Below, piece by piece: positions 1 through 5,026 of a stretch of DNA of 5,589 nucleotides. Each line of letters opens with the position of its first letter. Positions within the stretch are counted from its first letter, which is position 1. The notes under the pieces were generated by a model that was not told the DNA's origin, made no database searches, and worked only from the letters and a program-made list of their open reading frames with translations. The DNA comes from a virus: the IMG/VR virus record IMGVR_UViG_3300045988_020078; one strand, written 5' to 3'. The position numbers and the translations under genes are program-made.

Positions 1-119
1 AAGATTTAAAGCTTTTTTAGAATTTTAATTGATATATTAGTAACTCGGTTTTGCTCCTTTGTTTTGAAAGCGCTTTAGCGCCTTGCCGTGCGTAGCGTAT
101 GCGGAGCTCGGCTAAATCC
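1..119. repeat. Left copy of an exact 119-nt terminal redundancy (identical to 5471-5589); overlap from linearising a circular 5470-nt genome
   Basis: Direct comparison: nt 1-119 (aagatttaaagctttttt...gagctcggctaaatcc) match 5471-5589 base for base. Offset is 5470. Confidence 0.95.
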
Positions 120-142
120 TTTCCTTTTTAGCGCTGTGCGCG

Positions 143-1147
143 TTATGCTTTCGGCTCACGCCACTTTTGTTTTAGCTTGTCTTTTTCTTTCTGAATGTTG
201 AGATAGGTTTCATAATCCACGCTTGTGTTCTGTTCGAGATTGACTAAACTTTGTATTGCGCTGCGTCTGCGTTTGGCTTTAACCTCTCTCAGCTCGTCGG
301 AATGTGCCCTAAAATAGTTTTCTGTGTCTTGGCTGGTATCTTTATCTAGAATCTTATCAAAATAGCGTGGAGGCCTTTTCTCGCGTCCTCCTGCGCATAT
401 GATGCTATCTGTTTTCAAGATTTCATCTTTATGTTCATTCAGATACTTTTCGCCGATTCCTTTTGACATGATTCGGAATTCTGGTTCTCGACCTTCCATC
501 CAGTATTTAGCCGCTTGCTCTTCGCCTATGGCTTTCTTGTTGACGTACTGTGCCACATATGCGTAGCTGCCCGGCTGCGCTGGTGAAAAGTCTATCATGC
601 CTTTGCCCCAGATTTTTTGTAACCACTCGCTTTTAAAATAGCTGTTGCCCTTTTGGTTTTTGTACCATTGTGCATCCGGTGGTTTTAGTCCGAATACTAT
701 CGCGTGGTAGTGTGGTCTCTTTGTTCTGTCTCCATATTCGGCTGCTAGGAAATACTTTATCGGCTTCTTGTACGCTTTCCGTAGCCGTTTCAGAAATAGT
801 TGCACGTCTCGCTTGCTTACTGTCTGACTTTGAATGCTTCTGTAGCCTTTGATGATTTCGCCGTATGGAATATGTTCATCGTCATACGTTAGTGTTAGAA
901 AAATTACATCATCCCATTCTTTGGCTTCTAGTTCTATTCTGGTTGCCCATTGTTCTGCTATTTGTTTACGACAATACTCACACTTACCGCATGGTAACAA
1001 TGCGAATTTTTCTTTTTTGATTCCGTCCATGATGTCCGCTTGTAGTCCTTGTTTTGATAGGTTCTCCAGACTTCCCCACAGTTTTGGTTTTTTCGTATCC
1101 ATTTGAAATACTAATGGTTTTGTACATGGCATTTTTGTTACTGGCAC
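143..1147 (-). CDS. VP4: Microviridae replication initiator (VP4, phiX174 gpA-like HUH rolling-circle endonuclease)
   Basis: The 334-aa ORF has RCR motif 1 FLTLTY (aa 83-88). The HUH motif is HYH followed by AIVFG (aa 146-148, nt 704-712, checked as CAC TAC CAC). The two-tyrosine catalytic motif YVAQYVNKK (Y197 at nt 557-559, Y201 at nt 545-547) is nearly identical to phiX174 gpA YVAKYVNKK. There is also an N-terminal CxxP...PCGKCxxCR cysteine cluster typical of microvirus VP4. The start is ambiguous. The track start at 1147 is GTG, preceded by AAGGAAG with a 3-nt spacer. The first ATG is at 1132 (MPCTKPL...), which matches the usual VP4 N-terminus better. Stop is TAA at 143-145. Confidence 0.93.
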   Translation of the reverse strand: MPVTKMPCTKPLVFQMDTKKPKLWGSLENLSKQGLQADIMDGIKKEKFALLPCGKCEYCRKQIAEQWATRIELEAKEWDDVIFLTLTYDDEHIPYGEIIKGYRSIQSQTVSKRDVQLFLKRLRKAYKKPIKYFLAAEYGDRTKRPHYHAIVFGLKPPDAQWYKNQKGNSYFKSEWLQKIWGKGMIDFSPAQPGSYAYVAQYVNKKAIGEEQAAKYWMEGREPEFRIMSKGIGEKYLNEHKDEILKTDSIICAGGREKRPPRYFDKILDKDTSQDTENYFRAHSDELREVKAKRRRSAIQSLVNLEQNTSVDYETYLNIQKEKDKLKQKWREPKA

Positions 1148-1174
1148 AAGCTTCCTTGTCTATCTTGTGCCAGT
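1140..1174 (-). promoter_or_regulatory. Perfect inverted repeat / stem-loop over the Rep translation-initiation region
   Basis: CTGGCACAAG (1141-1150) is the exact reverse complement of CTTGTGCCAG (1164-1173), and A1140-T1174 extends the stem to 11 bp. The loop is 13 nt (1151-1163). On the minus strand the loop reads ATAGACAAGGAAG, so it carries the only SD-like element upstream of rep. The stem contains the GTG at 1147-1145, and the ATG at 1132 lies 8 nt (7 nt from the A1140-T1174 extended stem) 3' of the stem. Confidence 0.55.
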
Positions 1175-1207
1175 TGACACCCCGCTTTCTTTATATATTA
1201 ACTTGTT

Positions 1208-1228
1208 GTAGTCGTAGTAGTAGTAGTG
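1208..1228. repeat. Trinucleotide microsatellite GTA GTC GTA GTA GTA GTA GTG
   Basis: Read directly at 1208-1228. It is non-coding, directly abuts the first TGTTGAAAC repeat and overlaps its first 2 nt. Confidence 0.8.
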
Positions 1229-1406
1229 TTGAAACTGTTGAAAACTCGTTTTTTTAACGTTATTACGTTTATTTATTGCCTTTTTGCTTGTTGAAAACTT
1301 TGTTGAAAACTTGTTGAATTGTTGAAAGTTCGTCATTATGACGAAAACCTTTGTGCAACTTTATGTTGAAAACCTGTTGAAAGTGTTGAAAACTCAAGTT
1401 TTCCAC
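1227..1406. repeat. Iteron-like array of TGTTGAA(A)(A)N repeats in three clusters, with one inverted copy
   Basis: Plus-strand copies: TGTTGAAAC 1227-1235; TGTTGAAAAC 1236-1245, 1289-1298, 1301-1310, 1364-1373 and 1384-1393; TGTTGAA 1312-1318; TGTTGAAAG 1320-1328 and 1375-1383. A degenerate TGTTGTA lies at 1204-1210 and a partial GAAAAC at 1343-1348. The inverted copy is GTTTTCCAC at 1398-1406. Spacing within clusters is 8-12 nt. Cluster starts are about 62 and 75 nt apart. Confidence 0.9.
1329..1345. other. Small perfect hairpin inside the repeat region (TTCGTCA-TTA-TGACGAA)
   Basis: The 7-bp arms at 1329-1335 and 1339-1345 are exact reverse complements, with a 3-nt loop. It lies between repeat clusters 2 and 3. 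Confidence 0.5.
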
Positions 1407-1434
1407 ATTCTCTATTTTCTGGATTATTGTTACT

Positions 1435-1464
1435 AAAAAAGGGGGATGTTTTGCCATCCCCCTT
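1435..1464 (-). terminator. Rho-independent terminator immediately downstream of VP2
   Basis: The minus strand reads AAGGGGGATG-GCAAAA-CATCCCCCTT, followed by the rest of a T6 run (plus-strand A6 at 1435-1440). The stem is a GC-rich 8-10 bp with a 6-nt loop, starting 7 nt after the VP2 stop (1471-1473). In the plus direction the tail (CCTTTCTTAGTTTCC) is weaker. Confidence 0.65.
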
Positions 1465-1470
1465 CCTTTC

Positions 1471-2328
1471 TTAGTTTCCTTTGTATGCGTTGAATGCGTC
1501 CATATTCGGCATAATCGGCACTCTTCGGTTGTATTTTTTGTAGTTTCCTGCTGTGTCTTTGGCTGCTTTGCCGGCCTTTTCTACTGCGTCTTGGGCTTTT
1601 TCTCCTGCTTTTGCAAGACCTGAACCTAACTTGCTGGCTGCGTAGCTGTATTGTTGCGCTTGTTTTGCGCTTGAGGTTGCCAGCTCGCTTGCTGCCTGTT
1701 CCCAGCTTTTCGCACTCTTAAGCTGCTTTGCGCTGCTGGCCTGTTTTGCCAGCTGTAAGTATTTGTCTGCTAGCTCTGCTGTGTTGTTGCCGTACTCGTA
1801 CATTGCGGATACGCTTGCAGCTTGTGCGCTCTGCTGGTTGTAATGTTGGCTTCCAATGCTTGCAGATGCTCCCGATGGTGCGCTTGTTGCGCCGTTCGTC
1901 GCTGCCAGAATAGGATTGATGCCCGCTGCAATCATGTCTTTTACAGTGTCCTGATAGGCTGTCCCGCGCATTTCCTTTTGAAATGCTCGTTCTGCTGCTG
2001 CTTCTGCGCTGTTGTATTTTTTGGCGCTTGCTTGGCTTCCAGCATTTGCGAGGTTGCTCAGCAGTCCGCTCATCATTTGCAGTGCGTTTGCGGTGTTTAC
2101 ACTGCTTTGATTCCCGAACGTTGTGATGCCTGTTGGCGTGCTGATTTGTGTTGCGCCAATCTGCTGCGGTGCTGTTAGGCTTCCGGTCGTGGTCTCGTTT
2201 CCTGTGCTGCTCTCGCTGCCTGCCCCTTGGCTGTTTTTGGCGCTGCTTTGGTTACTGCTTGTTATGATGCCTGTTAGCATGCTTAATCCTTGCATGAGGT
2301 ACGGAAAAAGTTTCAATAATGTTTCCAT
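1471..2328 (-). CDS. VP2: Microviridae minor capsid / DNA pilot protein (VP2, functional analogue of phiX174 H)
   Basis: The 285-aa ORF lies directly downstream of VP1, the conserved VP1-VP2 order. It has an N-terminal hydrophobic segment (LSMLTGIITSS) and a low-complexity Q/A/S/T-rich body. It contains the AAGINPILAA motif I recall as conserved in gokushovirus VP2, and an A/K/Q-rich helical C-terminus. ATG is at 2328-2326 and TAA at 1471-1473. No SD is visible upstream. Confidence 0.75.
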   Translation of the reverse strand: METLLKLFPYLMQGLSMLTGIITSSNQSSAKNSQGAGSESSTGNETTTGSLTAPQQIGATQISTPTGITTFGNQSSVNTANALQMMSGLLSNLANAGSQASAKKYNSAEAAAERAFQKEMRGTAYQDTVKDMIAAGINPILAATNGATSAPSGASASIGSQHYNQQSAQAASVSAMYEYGNNTAELADKYLQLAKQASSAKQLKSAKSWEQAASELATSSAKQAQQYSYAASKLGSGLAKAGEKAQDAVEKAGKAAKDTAGNYKKYNRRVPIMPNMDAFNAYKGN

Positions 2329-2330
2329 TC

Positions 2331-2356
2331 AAAAATAGCCCCGCTTTTGCGGGGCT
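2331..2356 (-). terminator. Intrinsic terminator / attenuator hairpin between VP1 and VP2
   Basis: The minus strand reads AGCCCCGC-AAAA-GCGGGGCT followed by ATTTTTG. This is a perfect 8-bp stem (2337-2344 with 2349-2356), a tetraloop and a T5 tail (2331-2335). The tail ends 2 nt before the VP2 ATG. Confidence 0.55.
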
Positions 2357-2366
2357 TCCTCTTTTC

Positions 2367-4046
2367 TTAGATTCTTTCGATGCCGGGAATGCTGTAGATT
2401 GGCATTTCGCGATACCAGTCTTCAGTGAAGTAGAAGTCACACAAGAACTGGTGGCTTACGTTGCTTGTCACAGCAATTGTTCGGTCGATGTTCTGTGTTC
2501 CTTCCTGGATCCATTCCGCTGAGAGACGCGGCAGATTTTTATAGTAGTCTGCATAGTGCCATGCGTCCAAACTGGTCTGATAGTTCGACCGCATTTCTCC
2601 GGTTACGTAAGAAGGTTTGTATCGGTAATCCGCCCATGCCTCCTGATAGCCGAAGATTTCGTTATCTTCGGTTGTGCCCTGTGCATAGATTTCACGGTTA
2701 TATACCGGCTGTTCGCCCAGTGCTGCCAGTCGCGGGTCGTAGTAGGTGAATCGCCCGCCACGTGTCCACTTGGTTGCAAGTCCCTGTTGGTAGCTGTGTT
2801 CTACTCGTACTACTGCCAGACCGATGATGTAGCCGTATTCGGTCGCTGCATAGTCCACCATCTGCTTACTGCACGTGGTTAGGCTGTATGCTGCCGTATT
2901 GCCCAGTGCCTGACCGGTTGTGGTGTCCGTCTGGCTCGTCTGGACAACCTGATTGACATTGATTGCGATGCGCTGCCCGCCGATGTACTCAGGAATCTGT
3001 AGACGGCTGTCCGGACTTGTTACGCCCCATGTACCAGACAGGAATTCACGGTATCGCGTGCCGTTTCGTGCATCTGCTTCGAAGATGTGCTGCAGTGTGA
3101 TGCTCATGCGCAAGTCTGCAATGCTGATTGCACTTACTCCGCTGAGGTCTGCCATCATCCAGCCGCCATCACCTACGCTGCCAGTAGCGCCGTATGTTCC
3201 GCTAAATTCCAATTGCGCTTTTTCGCCGGGTTTGTTGTACTCCTTTTGGTATGTAATCGTGCCGGCTTTGTTGCTTGTCTGTGTTGCTCCAACTGTCATT
3301 GTTATTGAAGTTGCAGTGTCTAAGTATTCTCCGTTTGATTGCCCCAGTCTGATTGGTGCATTGCCGGTCAGGCTGATTTCCATAGGGTCAGATTTCAACG
3401 GGTATGGCAAACAGGATGTGAAGTAGTCGTGGAACTTTCCCGCTTTGGCTGGTTTTCTCGCATAGATGGCTGCTTCGTTGGTGCTCGTGGTATTTTTCGG
3501 TTCATTTACGCTTTCTGTTTTTACCGTTTCGGGATTTGTTACGTTTTCGGCATCATCTGTTTTTTTATAGCCCAGCATCAATGGTGCTTCAAGGTTCTCG
3601 TCTCGAAACCATTCGTTGTAAATCATGGCGTATGCACGCGCCGGCAGCGCGTTTACCTTGATTTCGTTTTTGATTCCGGTCGGCAGTCCGAAATAGTCGC
3701 CGATGCTGCCATTGGCAAGACCACTTATTCCGCCGATTTTGCATGTGGGTGTGCTGTATTCGGTCTTTTCTGCCCAGTAGTTCGTATCGTTCTCACCGAA
3801 CATATTTTCCCAGTGTTCCCACAGCAGACGGCATGGTACAAAGAAGAAATAGGTGTCCATGTAGCAGTTATCCATGATAGGATAGATGGGAGTGCTCATG
3901 CGGATAAGTCCGTTCAGGCGCACTTGTGCAGTATCGCCCGGTAGTACTTCGTCACAGTAGATTGGCACTAGCTCGCCTTCGTTGATGGTCGTTAACAGCT
4001 GGTGGCTTCGGTCAAATTTGCTTCGCGGTCGTTCCATTCGCGGCAC
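2367..4046 (-). CDS. VP1: Microviridae major capsid protein (VP1, phiX174 F-like)
   Basis: This is the largest ORF (559 aa). Its N-terminus, RSKFDRSHQLLTTINEGELVPIYCDEVLPGDT, closely matches the conserved gokushovirus VP1 N-terminal block (RSxFDxSHxxKTTxxxGxLIPIxxDEVLPGDT). Size and position are typical. The codon at 4046 is GTG, and the first in-frame ATG is at 4037 (MERPRSKF...). Neither has a clear SD. Stop is TAA at 2367-2369. Confidence 0.94.
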   Translation of the reverse strand: MPRMERPRSKFDRSHQLLTTINEGELVPIYCDEVLPGDTAQVRLNGLIRMSTPIYPIMDNCYMDTYFFFVPCRLLWEHWENMFGENDTNYWAEKTEYSTPTCKIGGISGLANGSIGDYFGLPTGIKNEIKVNALPARAYAMIYNEWFRDENLEAPLMLGYKKTDDAENVTNPETVKTESVNEPKNTTSTNEAAIYARKPAKAGKFHDYFTSCLPYPLKSDPMEISLTGNAPIRLGQSNGEYLDTATSITMTVGATQTSNKAGTITYQKEYNKPGEKAQLEFSGTYGATGSVGDGGWMMADLSGVSAISIADLRMSITLQHIFEADARNGTRYREFLSGTWGVTSPDSRLQIPEYIGGQRIAINVNQVVQTSQTDTTTGQALGNTAAYSLTTCSKQMVDYAATEYGYIIGLAVVRVEHSYQQGLATKWTRGGRFTYYDPRLAALGEQPVYNREIYAQGTTEDNEIFGYQEAWADYRYKPSYVTGEMRSNYQTSLDAWHYADYYKNLPRLSAEWIQEGTQNIDRTIAVTSNVSHQFLCDFYFTEDWYREMPIYSIPGIERI

Positions 4047-4062
4047 TTGCGCGAAATGGTTT

Positions 4063-4506
4063 TCACTGTTTCTGTTCGTTTTCCTTTACCTCCTCCTTCT
4101 TTTCTTTCTCTTCTTCTGTCGGCTTCTCTGTCGGCTTCGGCTGTTCGGTCTGCTGCATCTGCTGCAGCTGTTCCAGCGTTTTGGCTGCAGTTTCGGCTTT
4201 TTCGTGCATCGTCACGATATCTTTCGGCAGATTTTCGAGGTCGGTTCCTTCGGTGTATACCACGCTTTTGGCTTTGATACTGGTATCTCCAGCTTCCAGT
4301 CTTGCGATTGCGCTTGCAAGGTCGTAGCCCTCGCCCGCTCGCTGGATTTTTTCGTATGTGTTCTCATCTGGCTGCTGTATGTAGTCGGTAGTGCCGTTTG
4401 GTCGTTTGACTGCTTTCCACGTTGGCGCGGTCTTGCTGCCCGGATTGTTCTTCACTCTCTCGGTTGGCATTCCGTAGTATCTCACCATTGCATCAGGACT
4501 TAGCAT
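4063..4506 (-). CDS. Putative internal scaffolding protein (VP3-like)
   Basis: The 147-aa ORF lies immediately upstream of VP1 with a 16-nt gap, the VP3 position in gokushovirus-type genomes. It has a strong SD, GAAGGAGA, 6 nt before the ATG at 4506. The C-terminus is an acidic, low-complexity E/K-rich tail. The call rests on size and synteny. I do not recognise a strong family motif. Confidence 0.55.
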   Translation of the reverse strand: MLSPDAMVRYYGMPTERVKNNPGSKTAPTWKAVKRPNGTTDYIQQPDENTYEKIQRAGEGYDLASAIARLEAGDTSIKAKSVVYTEGTDLENLPKDIVTMHEKAETAAKTLEQLQQMQQTEQPKPTEKPTEEEKEKKEEVKENEQKQ

Positions 4507-4747
4507 TGGTCGTCTCCTTCAGGTCGATGAGCCGTGCGATGTGTTCAGGCTCCGCCTCGCTCATGTTGCCGGTTTCGGTGTCGAATTCGCCTAGCTCTAC
4601 GAGCGAAATATCTTCGATTTCGCTCGGTTTGCTTTCGTTGGCCTTCCATCGTGCCGTCCGGACTGCCTGTGCCCTGTTGTTCTGCAGGAACGGCTGAGAG
4701 TAGCCGTTGGTCAGTGAATCGTGGAATGAGTAGAATTTCAGCTTCAT
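4493..4747 (-). CDS. VP5/ORF5-like small non-structural protein (proposed phiX174 gpC analogue in gokushoviruses)
   Basis: The 84-aa ORF starts MKLKFYSFHDSLTNGYSQPFLQNNRAQAVRTA. This fits the MKxxxxxxxDxxxxxYxxPF...A.R pattern I recall for gokushovirus VP5. The SD AAGGAG lies 7 nt before the ATG at 4747. Its end overlaps the VP3-like start by 14 nt, suggesting translational coupling. Confidence 0.55.
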   Translation of the reverse strand: MKLKFYSFHDSLTNGYSQPFLQNNRAQAVRTARWKANESKPSEIEDISLVELGEFDTETGNMSEAEPEHIARLIDLKETTNAKS

Positions 4748-4759
4748 GTTTTTTCTCCT

Positions 4760-4876
4760 TTACTCTTTGTCTTTGCTTGCATCCTTCAGTGCGTGGTAGA
4801 TTTCGTCGAGCTTTTCAAGGATGTCCATCATCAGCGCGATTGCTTCCTTGACGTCCTTGACCTTAATCAGTGCCAT
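4760..4876 (-). CDS. Hypothetical 38-aa helical, slightly acidic protein (below the ORF-track cutoff)
   Basis: Hand translation gives MALIKVKDVKEAIALMMDILEKLDEIYHALKDASKDKE, ending in TAA at 4760-4762. The SD AGAGGTGA (plus-strand tcacctct, 4881-4888) has GAGG 7 nt before the ATG at 4876. The ORF fills an otherwise empty gap in a tightly packed operon. There is no TM segment and no recognisable family. Confidence 0.4.
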   Translation of the reverse strand: MALIKVKDVKEAIALMMDILEKLDEIYHALKDASKDKE

Positions 4877-4907
4877 TAAGTCACCTCTTTTCTTTGTTTT
4901 GTATCGT

Positions 4908-5024
4908 TTACAGCCGGATACCGCCCCGCGATACCTTCGGTCGTACGTTGATGTTTTTTACTCGCTTGGCAGTCTGAGTAAAGCGTTTCTGGTCGCCCTG
5001 ACCTGCACCGCTTCTGTGTGCCAT
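4908..5024 (-). CDS. Small highly basic DNA-binding/packaging protein (phiX174 J / chlamydiaphage ORF8 analogue; below the ORF-track cutoff)
   Basis: Hand translation gives MAHRSGAGQGDQKRFTQTAKRVKNINVRPKVSRGGIRL, ending in TAA at 4908-4910. It has 10 K/R against 1 acidic residue. The C-terminal RGGIRL resembles the endings I recall for gokushovirus DNA-binding proteins. The SD AAGGGGG lies 7 nt before the ATG at 5024. That ATG is 2 nt after the peptidase stop. Confidence 0.65.
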   Translation of the reverse strand: MAHRSGAGQGDQKRFTQTAKRVKNINVRPKVSRGGIRL

Positions 5025-5026
5025 TT

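Noticed and set aside
29-44. Similarity of TTGATATATTAGTAAC to the phiX174 viral-strand origin core CAACTTG/ATATTAATAAC
   Set aside because: The match needs a 2-nt insertion and lies in an AT-rich tract. It is on the window plus strand, which is antisense to all genes. gpA-type Reps nick the mRNA-sense viral strand. It is worth a nicking assay with both strands, but as it stands this is probably chance.
1-119. Terminal direct repeats as LTR-like or transposon ends
   Set aside because: The two copies are exactly identical, the second is truncated by the window end, and the offset equals one complete microvirus genome. This is the signature of a circular contig overlap.
46-142. GC-rich segment after the rep stop with short palindromes (AAAGCGCTTT 67-76, GCGC-TTTA-GCGC 70-81, GAGCTC 104-109, imperfect GCCGTGC/GCTCGGC 85-112) as a rep terminator
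   Set aside because: The stems are only 4-7 bp with mismatches and no proper T tract. That is not enough to call a terminator or operator, although some structure in the ssDNA or mRNA here is plausible.
1227-1406. Possibility that the short direct repeats are a CRISPR array
   Set aside because: The repeats are only 9-10 nt, many are directly adjacent or separated by 1-3 nt, and the spacing is irregular. There is no repeat-spacer architecture.
1269-1457. 62-aa minus-strand ORF (MAKHPPFLVT...QQVFNKVFNKQKGNK) covering the repeat array
   Set aside because: Its ATG lies inside the stem of the VP2 terminator. Its odd repetitive peptide (FQHFQQVFN, QQVFNKVFNK) simply reflects the DNA repeats read in shifting frames. 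It has no independent SD apart from the terminator stem. A coding role cannot be fully excluded.
2252-2440. 62-aa minus-strand ORF spanning the VP1 end, the terminator hairpin and the VP2 start
   Set aside because: It overlaps two well-supported genes out of frame and runs through the intergenic hairpin, with no SD. It is most likely a chance open frame.
670-4851. Numerous plus-strand ORFs (60-201 aa; for example 3339-3944, 3982-4503, 2953-3426), Cys/Leu/Phe-rich and some TM-like
   Set aside because: All are antisense to strongly supported genes and lack SD sequences (for example, none before 3982). Their hydrophobic, Cys-rich composition is what a T/G-rich antisense strand produces. Microviridae are not known to encode genes on the complementary strand.
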